A stretch of 64,000 bases of DNA from Octopus vulgaris. Lineage: Eukaryota. Numbering within the stretch: position 1 is the stretch's first letter; each line of letters begins with the position of its first letter. Shown piece by piece: positions 39,301-52,422 of the stretch. Under the pieces are notes generated by a model. That model was not told the origin of the DNA. It worked only from the letters and a program-made list of their open reading frames with translations, and searched no databases. The stretch covers positions 139,376,001 to 139,440,000 of the forward strand of contig OX597814.1 of assembly GCA_951406725.2 (NCBI GenBank), written 5' to 3'. The position numbers and the translations under genes are program-made.

Positions 39301-41005
39301 CACCCTCATAAGCTCCATCTTTCTAAAAATTACTCTCAGATTCAGCATGAGTCCTATAGATCTTGGTTGTACAACTGTAGGGATTTACTCTCTAGAATGG
39401 TTCCCAAAACCCTTCTGTATTTTCTGTTTTTTCCCAAGTGTTCTTTTCCTTCCCCCCCCCCCTTTCCCTGTGTAGTTATCTCTCACTTTCTTTTTCTTTC
39501 CCCATCATTCCTTTAATATTTAGTGTGTATATATTTCAAGTGTGTGTGGGTAACATATATGTGGTTGGGAGCCTATAAGTAAACAAAATAGCAAATGAAG
39601 ATAACTCCTTCCCTTACATCAGAAGCATACAGAATATAATAATGGAGATAATTCCCATAATAAAAAAAATGCAGTACAGGCTCTTCCATTTCCAAAAGAA
39701 AAGAATGTACAACTTTTTTCCTGTGGTCAAATTTCGTCCATAAATGCTCCTAAAAGTGCAAGAGATAAAAAGGGCAATCATAACAGTTGGTTTCAAAGTT
39801 CTTATCACTAAGATATCTTATAGCCTGATGAGTATCTGAACCTTTATTTAAGTACAAAAGAAGTAGTTGCTACTACCATTTTGTCCAGGAATTGCAATAT
39901 GTTTATGAACTTATAATGAATTCTTCCAAGCAAGAGCCTACTGGTATTTGCCAGAAGGGAATGAACCACCTGTGGATCTGGCTTTATGGAAACCATACTG
40001 ATGGTCAAGTAAAATATTTAATTATTTCCATCTATGGTTTAATCAAGGATTAATCAATGAATGTATATTTAAAATGTAGATAATGAAGAATCCATAACAT
40101 AAAAATCAAAAATAGGTAACCATTAGATATGAAATTCATATCACCAATTTGATGATTTTTTTTTTTCCTCTTCTTGACACATGCAATTTCAGAAGAAAAA
40201 TTTATAAATAAAACTAACTTTAACCCACTGAAAATAGCACCCACAGATCATACCTTATTTCTTTAAAAAATTTTAATGTATTTCTGGAGACAATATATTT
40301 TTTATATATGACAGAATGGTCACAGCTAGATCAAATTTTAACCATAGATCTGTTTAATCAAGGCTGATCTAAACAAGAGCAACAGCAGATGATTTATGAT
40401 TAAACAGCCTGTATTTTTTTTTAATTAATCACAAACCAATTTTTGGAGTAGAAATGGACATGAGCATTCAATTCAACTTGCCCCAACTTTGCCAGTACCC
40501 AAAGGAATTTGAACTTAAATCATTAGAGCATCTGACAAAATATTTTACAATGTTTGTTCTCTCTCTTATAATTTGAGTCCTATTGTGGTCAGCTTTGCCT
40601 TTCATCTATCCATATTACTATTGCTATGATAGTCATTATAACAGTAAGCTGGCATAGCCATTAGCCCATTGGACAAAATGCTTATTGGTATTTCTTCTGA
40701 TCCATTTGATGCAGCATTTAAATCCTGTCAAATTAACCTTGTCCTTCATCTTTGGGGCTCAATAAAATAAAGTATTAGTCAAGTACTTGGGTCAATGTAA
40801 TTGACTAGCTCCACCCCTCAATATTTTGGGCATTAAGCCAAAATTAAAAAGAATTATTATTATTATTATTACAACCATTACATGCTATATCAGTTAGCAG
40901 AAATGTTGTCTTGAGATCTGGTGACAACAAGTCTCCTCAAATCTCAAGAATCTTTCTTAAGATTTTCTTTGCAGAACACAGTATTGCAGGTTGACAATGC
41001 AAGTC

Positions 41006-41043
<38 letters not shown>

Positions 41044-42061
41044 TATTATCATTATTATCAATATTCCACCAAGGTTGACTTTGCCTTTTGTCCTTTCAGG
41101 GTTGAGGTAATCAATCAGCCTCTTCTCCCAAAATTTCAGGCCTTGTACCTAGAGTAGAAAGAAAGGATTATCATTATTATTTAGTAGGTGGTGAGCTGTG
41201 AAGACCCGTGACTTTATCTTTCATCTTTTCAGAGTCAATAAATTAAGTACTAGTCAAACACTGGGGTGACTCTAATTGATGAGCCCCACCTCTCACAACA
41301 TATCAGGCCATGTACCTGTAATAGAAAAGATTGAGGTGAAGAATCAGAACAATAAAAGAATTATATCCTGCTATCAACAGACCTATTTGCCCAATCCTAG
41401 GTAAACTCAAAAATCATCATTGTTCCCATTGTGACTTCATATCAAAATCTATTCCTGGACTCAAATTACATTCACTCATCCACTGCAGTATCTTTATTTT
41501 TAATCTTTTATTTTTCTTTTAAATCCTTTCCTTCAAACACTCATATGTCAATATCAACAGAAGTGATTATTACTATCATTATTATTATTATCATAAGTGG
41601 ATTGGTAGAATTTTGTTGAGCATCAGAAAAAATATCTTGCATTCTTTGCTCTGGCTTATTATGTTCTGAGTTCAAATCCTGCTGACGTAAATTTTACCTC
41701 CCAGCCTTCTGGACCTGATAAAATAAAGTACCAATCGAGTACAAGAGTTGATATAATTGACTATTCCTCTTTCCACTTCTATATATGTACCTAATCGTAT
41801 TTCACCCAATTTTGAGACTTGTGCTTATTTTGGAAAAAAAAAATGATGATGATAATGATGATGATGATGATGATGATGACGACGATGATGGGGATAATAA
41901 TTGTTATTGTTGCTATTGTTATTGATATTATTATTATTATTATTATTATTGTTATTATTTTAAGTTGTTAATTTGTATGTTTTTAAAAGAACCTATACCT
42001 TTGTTGATCTAACTGTATATATGTATATGTATGTGTATATGTATATATGTATATGTATGTG

Positions 42062-42092
<31 letters not shown>

Positions 42093-42559
42093 ACATACAA
42101 ACATACATATACACACATACACTGGAGAGATTTCAAAGTCATAGCCCAAACAACGGCAGAAACCATGATAAGGTGAAATTCTCACCAACAGCAATTTTTT
42201 GAAATCATCTTTTTCTCCTCTCCGTGTTGATGTTATTGAAATAAAATTTCTGTTGAAACTCATTGTCTTTGTTCTTGTAATATCATTGGGAAAGGAAAAA
42301 AAGATAGACAAAATCAAAGGAAACTGGTGGTGATCTGCGTTAGTAAAAATTATACAAAGAAAAAACAAATTCATAGGTTCAGAAAGGTTTGTATGCCACA
42401 AAGTGATGAGAAATCTGATGTTTTGAGACTGATTTTTTATTACAGAGAAAATAAATGTTTTAACTTAGATAACTTAGATTGGTTCTAGCCATTATCAGCC
42501 CAGGCCATGACTAACTCAATAGCACCACCTGGAAAAGTCTTTTTATTAATTATTTCGGG

Positions 42560-42970
42560 ACACCATGGACCACTCAAGCAGAGAGTTGTTGTTGGCTGAG
42601 ACATATCCAGGTGTAGGTGGTTTATCCTGTGTTTCCTAGAGGAATTTGTCCAGGTACCATTTGAAGGTTGTGGGGTCTTTTTCTGCTTTAATTTCTTTCA
42701 GGATAACATTGAAAAGAGTAGGATCATTCGCAGTGAAAAAATTGTTCTGCAATGTTCTTATGTGATGTCTTCTCGACCTCTGTAGGGGACACATTGCATG
42801 GGGACCCAGTCTTGGGTGAATTGTAAACATAATACCAATATCATTTGGATAATATTGGTGGAATATTTTCTACATGCTACAAATAATGTAACGCACATGG
42901 TGACATTGCAAAGAATAGACTTTCAGCTGTTTAAGTAGAGCCCAGTAATCAAGTCCCTTCACGCTATTTA
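42560..42970 (-). mobile_element. CR1/Jockey-group LINE 3' fragment
   Basis: LDYWALLKQLKVYSLQ...RYII and PTLFNVILKEI...FKWYLDKFL, resembling YWERL..L.LYSLQRRRERY and FK..LDKFL. Confidence 0.7.
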
Positions 42971-43726
42971 TTTTTTTAGTAATTAATCCTTGGTTTAATT
43001 GAAAAAATTTTATAGTAACTAGGTTACCTTTTTTTTTTACCTTTAGAAGACGAATCAGCCTTGAAATATCAGACACTTATCTCCTTACGGTTCATGGACT
43101 TATCTAAATTTGTGAATTTGAGAAACTGTGTATCTAGTTTGATGAAAGTTCTCAATCAACAAACTATGTGCATAGGTTTTGAATCTCTGGTCTAACTATT
43201 TCACCTATGTTACTAATTCTGTTAGGAAATGTATGAATGAATGTCATCACATGTTTTTACTTCCTCTGTTGTAAATATTTAAAGAAGAATCAAATACCAT
43301 TGCAGGTTCTACTTGTCTTTTATGCTGTTAGGCAATACCATCATTTGCAAAGTCATGAAGTGATACTTTTTTATGGTATTTCATGTAGTACCATGCATTT
43401 CTAGTCTATTACCAATTCTATTTGGTCTTCTACACTTAAGTATTCTAGTCTGCACTTAACTGTTCTTCATGTAGAATGTACATTTGGGAAATTTCCTAGT
43501 ATCATTATATTAAATTGTTTAATCAGTGAATAATCTAAAAACAAAGGAGAAAATTAAATTATATCCTCCCAGTTATTTCACGGTCTTCTAATTACATACA
43601 CATATTTCAGTAATACAACCAGAACATGTTTCGAGTTGTCATTATATTTGCCCAAAGATCAGATTTATTCATACTGCATTAATTTTTTAACTAATTTTTA
43701 ATCATTTTAATTGTCAAAGTTCTCTT

Positions 43727-43990
43727 CATCATTTAATGTCCATTGTCCATGCTGGCATGGGTTGAACAGTTTGACCAGGGCTGGCACACTGCAAGGCTGC
43801 ACCTGATTCCAGTCTCATTTGGCATGGTTTTCTACAGCTGGATGCCCTTTCTAGCACCAACCACTCCAAGAGTGTAACGGGTGCTTTTACATGCCACCAG
43901 CATGGGTGCCATTTGCATGACACCGGTATCTGCCATGACTGCGATTTTACATGGCTTGATGGGTCTTCTTCTCAAGCATGATATAACGCC
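43727..43990 (-). mobile_element. RTE LINE 3' end
   Basis: tcatcatttaatgtccattgtccatgctggcatgggttg..., homologous to 54930-55100. Confidence 0.7.
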
Positions 43991-45090
43991 ATCATGAACA
44001 CTAAGGGCATTTCCCCATTAAAATTATTTTTGGTAAATATATCAACCAGTACTTAATCATGTTTAATCTCCAGATAAAATAGCAACACAATGAGATAATA
44101 AAACCATTGTATAGGTGTAGCTGTGGATGTATGACTAAGAAATTAGTTTTGTAAATAGATGGTTTTGAGGTACCATTGGTGAGAATGGTCTACCACAGCG
44201 CTGAATCAAATAAAAGCTTTGAAAGTGAAATTTGGTAAATGGAAATGGCATGGAAGCATATGGAGATACTGTAACATTTCTTGAGTGGTAGAATTAATCT
44301 CGTACCCAGTCTAAAATGACCATCTGCAACTTCAGAGCACTTTGTGGAGTCATCTCTGTTCTCAGGGTTGTCATCTTCAGACTGAGGATAACTTTTCCAC
44401 TTCTGAATTGAAGAGAAGAAAAGGGGTACATATGCAACCCTTCTGCTAATTAAAATCTCCAATAATATTCAACATACTTTTAAAAAAGCTATACAGGATC
44501 ATGTAGTATGGTAATATCATATGACTGAAACTAAGATTGTTGTTGAATGTTTTTGAAGATGGGTCTGTTTTGTTGGGGATGATATGAGGGCTCAGAAATA
44601 TATAAAGGGAAATAAATAAATTCCATCATTTCAATTCTTGGGCTATGATTTAGATATTCAACAACGTGTACAATTTATTTATGAAAGTATAACTTAAAGA
44701 GGAAGTAAAAGATAAGAAGCATGACATTGTACGGAAAGGCAGGAGGAAATTATAAATGTTAACATGAATAACTAGCATGACAATGTGAATATTCAATTTA
44801 GATATCTTTGAGGTTGTCTTTGACCTTCATTCTTTGGTGTCATTAAAGTTTCTACCTACCCTGTAAGTGTGATTATGTAGTTGTATTATAGCCTCGGGTC
44901 ATTCCTGATAGAAAAGATTTATAAAGCAAATGAATTCCAGTCGTAACCATCCTGTCTCTTCATCGATCAGCAACAGCATTACCCAAGATATCATTCTTTA
45001 TTTTAGATGGTTAGATGTGATTTGAAGGAGATTTAACTGCTATTTCTAACAGATCAGCCGACAACAAAGAGAGTCCCGCATTAGCTCATA

Positions 45091-45612
45091 CATTGGATAG
45101 TGGACGTCAGTGATAGATAGCACACACATTAGAATTTCTCTGTTTTGACGGAATTTTCAGATTTTTTTTCCTTTCACGGATGAAAATGATGGGGAGCATC
45201 TTTCTAACAAAGAAAATTTGCGAAAAATGTTTATTTTTTTCATTCGCCCCCTTTCTACCCGGACCGATTTTAGCCGATTTTGTGGACACTACGCACTTAA
45301 AAACAATGGGAGGGACATTTTCGTTTAAAAGAGAAAAAGAAAAGATTTTCCAACCCCCTATTTATGAATTTCTTTCTTAACAATACACATGGCATTATTT
45401 TTCTTAAACGTTTTTCCATTACCCAATTAGATGCGTTTATGGAGAAAAAAATATTAAACCAAGAAACAAGGAAGGTATCAGATGGTCGTGAGATGAGCTA
45501 AAAACATCATTTTACGAAGCCTCCCCACATCACCCACCCAAGCACCGCGAAAAAAAATCTGAAAGATTCCAACTTGTGTATGCTGCCTGTAGCTGACGTC
45601 AACCATCCAATG
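45091..45612. mobile_element. TA-flanked MITE with 20-bp TIRs
   Basis: TA|cattggatagtggacgtcag ... ctgacgtcaaccatccaatg|TA. Confidence 0.75.
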
Positions 45613-46542
45613 TATTCCTTTGTTTTTTAAGAATTCATTCCGCTCATTGGATAACGTACTCCAAGTTTTAATGTGCTTTCATAATAATAACACCCAATGA
45701 AAATAAAGCAACAACGAAGTTTTAGTCCTTCCCATTCCGATGTCGCGAGAAAAGGATAGACTAAATAATACAATCTAAACTGCAGTGTAATTGAAATGGG
45801 AACGGGATGTGCATTGCCTTTAAAAGAAACAAATTGTTCCGATCGTTCAGGGCTAAGCTACTACTAAACAACAACACGGATAGAATAAATCCTACAACGA
45901 TTTTGTAACTAGGATTAAAAATATGATAACGAAAACGAAAATATACATCAGACATATATATAGTCCGAGAGACATTCTTTCAATTTGTGATAAAAAAATC
46001 AAAGTGGAAATATTAATGATATTAAGCAACGACCAATCAGGCGTGTTCAATATCACGTTTCGTTTTTTCATAATTTTCTCGGATTCGAATTTTTCAACGA
46101 CACAATAACGATGAAGTGAGAATTTATTGTATTTGTGTTTTGGTAAAGCTTGATCAGGGAGACCCTTTATCAAAGGCATTCATTCAATGAAACGTGTACA
46201 TCTGTTTCAGTTGTGCACCCTACACTACATTATAATATTAGCGATTGTTGAGATAGCTATTGTTGAACTTCATATCTACTCAATCGTTGGCTCATTTCAT
46301 GAAGCGTACGCATTGTGATAGTTTTGACAACCTTAGAGAGCTTTCTTTGTGCCTAATTTGAATCAGCAGTGGTTTTCCAGTAAGAAAAATAAATAGAGCG
46401 AGCTAAATATACATTTACGCACAAAATATATGATTTTCAACATTTTAAAGTAAACAGATATGGCAAGGACAATCGTATATAGGAATGATAAATATGATAA
46501 ACACCTTCTAGAATTTACTATATCCTTATTATTATTACAGAT

Positions 46543-46620
46543 ATGCAAATGAGGCAGCCTATTATGGGTAAGTGTACGAGATAGGGCATCTATATATTGT
46601 GAGGCTTAGGGAAAGTTGGT
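46543..46620 (+). promoter_or_regulatory. U6 copy 1 type 3 Pol III promoter
   Basis: ATGCAAAT at -78..-71 and TATATA at -30..-25, with a conserved block between them. Confidence 0.75.
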
Positions 46621-46727
46621 GTACTAGCTACGGCGGTACATATTCTAAAATTGGAACGATACAGAGAAGATTAGTATGGCCCCTGCGCAAGGATGACACG
46701 CAAATTCGTGAAGCGTTCCATATTTTT
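46621..46727 (+). ncRNA. U6: U6 snRNA copy 1 (C55T in the AGC triad; possibly non-functional)
   Basis: ACAGAGA box, ISL and T6 terminator are present. It reads TTAGTATGG instead of TTAGCATGG. Confidence 0.93.
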
Positions 46728-47647
46728 TCTTACTCTTTCTACTGACATGGATATCCATGTTTTTTTATCTTATTGTTATTCTCTTCTCTACCATTAAATT
46801 TATTCGCATTTTCCGTAACTTTTAGAAATTTCATCTAAAGCTTTATAGATCCACTGAATGTGTACAGAGGTTCGTGAACGTAGCGAATTCCTACGCAAGA
46901 CATTCAAAGGTGCTTTTATAAGTTTCTTTGCTTGGTCGTTCGATAAGCTAAGAACAAGAATCAATTCTCTTTCAAAGCACGTTTTTCTAACCACTTATAA
47001 AACGAAAGGCATATCGGACATATATATATATACACTGGCCGAGAGACATTATTTCGATTTGTGATCAAAAAATGAAAGTGGAAACAATAATGATATTAAG
47101 CAACGACCAATCAGGTGTGTTCAATATCATCTTTCCTTTTTTCATAATTTCCTCCAATTCTAATATTTTCAACAACACTACAATGATAAAAATTACGAGA
47201 ATTTATTGGATTTGTGTTTTGGTAAAGCTTGATCAGGGAGACCCTTTATCAAAGACATTCAATCAATGAAACGTGTACACCTGTTTCAGTGGTGCACCCT
47301 ACACTACATTATGATATTAGCTATTGTTGAGATAAAAGTGAAATATTGCAGTTTTTTCCTAGATGCGATGGACTTCATATGTACTCAATCACTGGCTCTT
47401 TTCATGAAGCGTACGCATTGTGATAGTTTTGACAACCTTAAAGAGCTTTCGTTGTGCCTAATTTGAATCAGCAGTGGTTTTCCAGTAAGAAAAATAAATA
47501 GACCGAGCTAAGTATACATTTGCGCACAAAATATATGATTTTCAACATTTTCAAGTAAACAGATATGGTAAGGACAATCGTATGTAGGAATGATAAATAT
47601 GATAAACACCTTCTAGAATTTTCTATATCGTTATTATTATTACAAAT

Positions 47648-47725
47648 ATGCAAATGAGGCAACCTAGTATGGGTAAGTATACGAGATAGGGCATGTATAT
47701 AATGAGAGGCTTAGGGAAAGCTATT
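47648..47725 (+). promoter_or_regulatory. U6 copy 2 promoter
   Basis: Octamer at -78, TATATA at -30. Confidence 0.75.
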
Positions 47726-47749
47726 GTACTAGCTACGGCGGTACATATT

Positions 47750-47782
<33 letters not shown>

Positions 47783-47832
47783 GGCCCCTGCGCAAGGATG
47801 ACACGCAAATTCGTGAAGCGTTCCATATTTTT
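47726..47832 (+). ncRNA. U6: U6 snRNA copy 2
   Basis: Identical to recalled human U6 from nt 25 onward; T6 terminator. Confidence 0.97.
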
Positions 47833-48743
47833 TCTTACTCTTTCTACGGACATGTCCATTTTTTTTTCTTATTGTCATTCTCTTCTCTTCCATTAAATTT
47901 ATTCGCATCTTCCGTAACTTTTAGAAATTTCATCTAATACTATATAGGTCCACTGAATGTGTACAGAAGTTGGTGATCGTAGGGAATTCCTACGAAGCCA
48001 TTCAAAAGTGCTTTTATAAGTTTCTTTGCTTGGTCGTTCGATAAGCTAGGAACAAGAATCAATTCTCTTTGAAAGCACGTTTTTCTAACTACTTATAAAA
48101 CGAAAGGTATATCGGACATGTATATATACACAGTCCGAGAGACATTATTTCGATTTGTGATCAAAAAATGAAAGTGGAAATATTAATGATATTAAGCAAC
48201 GACCACTCAGGTGTGTTCAATATCATGTTTCCATTTTTTCATAATTTCCTCCAATTCTAATATTTTCAACAACACTACAATGATAAAAATTACGAGAATT
48301 AATTGTATTTATGTTTTGGTAAAGCTTAATCAGGGATACCCTTTATCAAAGACATTCATTAAATGAAACGTGTACACCTGTTTCAGTTGTACACCCATCA
48401 CAACATTATGATATTAGCTATTGTTGAGATAAAAGTGAAATATTGCAGTTTTTCCGAGATGCGATGGACTTCATATGTACTCAATCACCGGCTCTTTTCA
48501 TGAAGAGTGCGCATTGTGATAGTTTTGACAACTTTAAAGAGCGTTCCTTGTGCCTAATTTGAATCAGCAGTGGTTTTCCAGTAAGAAAAATAAATAGAGC
48601 GAGCTAAATATACATTTGCGCACAAAATATATGATTTTCAACATTTTAAAGTAAACAGATATGGCAAGGACAATCATATCTAGGAATGGTAAATATGATA
48701 AACACCTTCTAGAATTTACTATATCGTTATTATTATTACAAAT

Positions 48744-48821
48744 ATGCAAATGAGGCAGCCTATTATGGGTAAGTGTACGAGATAGGGCATGTATATATTG
48801 AGAGGCTTAGGGAAAGCTGGT
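48744..48821 (+). promoter_or_regulatory. U6 copy 3 promoter
   Basis: Octamer at -78, TATATA at -30. Confidence 0.75.
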
Positions 48822-48845
48822 GTACTAGCTACGGCGGTACATATT

Positions 48846-48878
<33 letters not shown>

Positions 48879-48928
48879 GGCCCCTGCGCAAGGATGACAC
48901 GCAAATTCGTGAAGCGTTCCATATTTTT
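48822..48928 (+). ncRNA. U6: U6 snRNA copy 3
   Basis: Same sequence as copy 2. Confidence 0.97.
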
Positions 48929-50121
48929 TCTTACTCTTTCTACTGACATGGATATCCATTTTTTTTTCTTATTCTCATTCTCTTCTCTTCCATTAAATTT
49001 TCTGTAACTTTTAGAAATTTCATCTAAAACTATATAGTTCCAGTGAATATATACAGAAATTGGTGAACGTAACGAATGAAAGTGCTTTCATAAGTTTCTT
49101 TACTCCCATTCAATTCCAAGTACAAGTTCGGCAACATTTTGGAAAGTAAAAGGAGAAACAGTTATAATAAAAGGATTTTTAAAAACCCAGCTATTTCAAA
49201 ATATCCGGTTTGCCCATACCCAATTTTCCAACGTTGTTTTTAATTTCACGTTTAAAACCATGGCGATTAAAATTCTTAATATTTTATCCTCAACTTGATA
49301 ATTTTTAAAAGTTATCCTCTCTCCTGTCTCCATTCAGACTGTCGTTCACTTGCAAATGCGCGTATGCAGATTTTGCAATCAAATAGACACAACCAGGGCA
49401 GACTTTATGTGGTCGGTTGTTCGATAAACTAGAAAGAAGAATCAATTCTCCTTGAAAGCACATTTTTCTAACCACTTATAAAACTAAATATACGTCGGAC
49501 ATATAAATAGTCGGAGAGACATTCTTTCGATTTCTGATCAAAAAATGAAAGCGGAAATATTAATGATATTAAGCAACGACCAATCAGACGTGTTCAATAT
49601 CATCTTTCCTTTTTTTCATAATTTCCTCCAATTCTAATATTTTCAACAACACTACAATGATAAAAATTACGAGAATTTATTGGATTTGTGTTTTGGTAAA
49701 GCTTGATCAGGGAGACCCTTTATCAAAGACATTCAATCAATGAAACGTGTACACCTGTTTCAGTGGTGCACCCTACACTACATTATGATATTAGCTATTG
49801 TTGAGATAAAAGTGAAATATTGCAGTTTTTTCCTAGATGCGATGGACTTCATATGTACTCAATCACTGGCTCTTTTCATGAAACGTACGCATTGTGATAG
49901 TTTTGACAACTTTAAAGAGCTTTCGTTGTGCCTAATTTGAACCATCAGTGGTTTTCCAGTAAGAAAAATAAATAGACCAAGCTAAATATACATTTGCGCA
50001 CAAAATATATGATTTTCAACATTTTAAAGTAAAGAGATATGGTAAGGACAATCGTATGTAGGAATGATAAATATGATAAACACCTTCTAGAATTTACTAT
50101 ATCGTTATTATTATTACAAAT

Positions 50122-50199
50122 ATGCAAATGAGGCAGCCTATTATGGGTAAGTGTACGTGATAGGGCATGTATATATTGAGGGGCTTAGGGAAAGCTGTT
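50122..50199 (+). promoter_or_regulatory. U6 copy 4 promoter
   Basis: Octamer at -78, TATATA at -30. Confidence 0.75.
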
Positions 50200-50223
50200 G
50201 TACTAGCTACGGCGGTACATATT

Positions 50224-50256
<33 letters not shown>

Positions 50257-50306
50257 GGCCCCTGCGCAAGGATGACACGCAAATTCGTGAAGCGTTCCAT
50301 ATTTTT
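50200..50306 (+). ncRNA. U6: U6 snRNA copy 4
   Basis: Same sequence as copy 2. Confidence 0.97.
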
Positions 50307-51203
50307 TCTTACTCTTTCTACGGACATGTCCATTTTTTTTCTTATTGTCATTCTCTTCTCTTCCATTAAATTTATTCGCATCTTCCGTAACTTTTAGAAA
50401 TTTCATCTAATACTATATAGGTCCACTGAATGTGTGCAGAAGTTGGTGATCGTAGGGAATTCCTACGAAGCCATTCAAAAGTGCTTTTATAAGTTTCTTT
50501 GCTTGGTCGTTCGATAAGCTAGGAACAAGAATCAATTCTCTTTCAAAGCACGTTTTTCTAACTACTTATAAAACGAAAGGTATATCGGACATGTATATAT
50601 ACACAGTCCGAGAGACATTATTTCGATTTGTGATCAAAAAATGAAAGTGGAAATATTAATGATATTAAGCAACGACCACTCAGGCGTGTTCAATATCATC
50701 TTTCCTTTTTTTCATAATTTCCTCCAATTCTAATATTTTCAACAACACTACAATGATAAAAATTACGAGAATTTATTGTATTTATGTTTTGGTAAAGCTT
50801 GATCAGGGAGACCCTTTTTCAAAGGCATTCATTCAATGAAACGTGTACATTTCTTTCAGTTACATTATGATATTAGCTATTGTTGAGATAAAAGTGAAAT
50901 ATTGCAGTTGTTTCCTAGATGCGTTGGACTTCATATGTACTCAATCACTGGCTCTTTTTATGAAGCGTACGCATTGTGATAGTTTTGACAACCTTAAAGA
51001 GCTTTCCTTTTGCCTAATTTGAATCAGCAGTGGTTTTCCAGTAAGAAAAATAAATAGACCGAGCTAAATATACATTTGTGCACAAAATATATGATTTTTA
51101 ACATTTTAAAGTAAACAGATATGGTAAGGACAATCGTATGTAGGAATGATAAATATGATAAACACCTTCAAGAATTTACTATATCGTTATTATTATTACA
51201 GAT

Positions 51204-51281
51204 ATGCAAATGAGGCAGCCTATTAGGGGTAAGTATACGAGATAGGGCATGTATATATTCTGAAGCTTAGGGTAAGCTGTT
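51204..51281 (+). promoter_or_regulatory. U6 copy 5 promoter
   Basis: Octamer at -78, TATATA at -30. Confidence 0.75.
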
Positions 51282-51305
51282 GTACTAGCTACGGCGGTAC
51301 ATATT

Positions 51306-51338
<33 letters not shown>

Positions 51339-51388
51339 GGCCCCTGCGCAAGGATGACACGCAAATTCGTGAAGCGTTCCATATTTTT
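51282..51388 (+). ncRNA. U6: U6 snRNA copy 5
   Basis: Same sequence as copy 2. Confidence 0.97.
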
Positions 51389-52237
51389 TCTTACTCTTTC
51401 TACTGACATGGATATCCATTTTTTTTTCTTATTGTCATTCTCTTCTCTTCCATTAAATTTATTCATATCTTCCGTAACTTTTAGAAATTTCATCTAAAAC
51501 TATATAGTTCCCGTGAATATATATAGAAAATTCCTACGCAAGTCATTCTAAAGTGCTTACATAGGTTTCTTTGCTTGGTCGCTCGATAAGCTTGGAACAT
51601 GAATCAATTCTCTTTGAAAGCTCGTTTTTCTAACCACTTATAAAACGAAAGGTATATCGGACATGTATATATACAGTCCGAGAGACATTATTTCGATTTG
51701 TTATCAAAAAATGAAAGTGGAAACATTAGTGATATTAAGCAACGACCAATCAGGCGTGTTCAATATCATCTTTCCTTTTTTTCATAATTTCCTCCAATTC
51801 TAATATTTTCAACAATACTACAATGATAAAAATTACGAGAATTTATTGTATTTATGTTTTGGTAAAGCTTGATCAGGGAAACCATTTTTCAAAGGCATTC
51901 ATTCAATGAAACGTGTACACCTGTTTCAGTTGTGCACCCTACACTACATTATGATATTAGCTATTGTTGGACTTCATATGTCTGGCTCTTTTCATGAAGC
52001 GTACGCATTGTGATAGTTTTGACAACCTTAAAGAGCTTTCGTTGTGCCTAATTTGAACAATCAGTGGTTTTCCAGTAAGAAAAATAAATAGACCAAGCTA
52101 AATATACATTTGCGCACAAAATATATGATTTTCAACATTTTAAAGTAAACAGATATGGTAAGGACAATCGTAACTAGGAATGATAAATATGATAAACACC
52201 TTCTAGAATTTACTATATCCTTATTATTATTACAAAT

Positions 52238-52315
52238 ATGCAAATGAGGCAGCCTGTTATGGGTAAGTGTACGAGATAGGGCATGTATATATTGAGAGGC
52301 TTAGGAAAAGCTGTT
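52238..52315 (+). promoter_or_regulatory. U6 copy 6 promoter
   Basis: Octamer at -78, TATATA at -30. Confidence 0.75.
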
Positions 52316-52339
52316 GTACTAGCTACGGCGGTACATATT

Positions 52340-52372
<33 letters not shown>

Positions 52373-52422
52373 GGCCCCTGCGCAAGGATGACACGCAAAT
52401 TCGTGAAGCGTTCCATATTTTT
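52316..52422 (+). ncRNA. U6: U6 snRNA copy 6
   Basis: Same sequence as copy 2, with a longer T run. Confidence 0.97.

Noticed and set aside
50151-50369. ORF overlapping U6, and the recurrent 60-66 aa ORFs in the array spacers
   Set aside because: Chance translations of U6 and of AT-rich repeated spacer, broken by indels in sister units.
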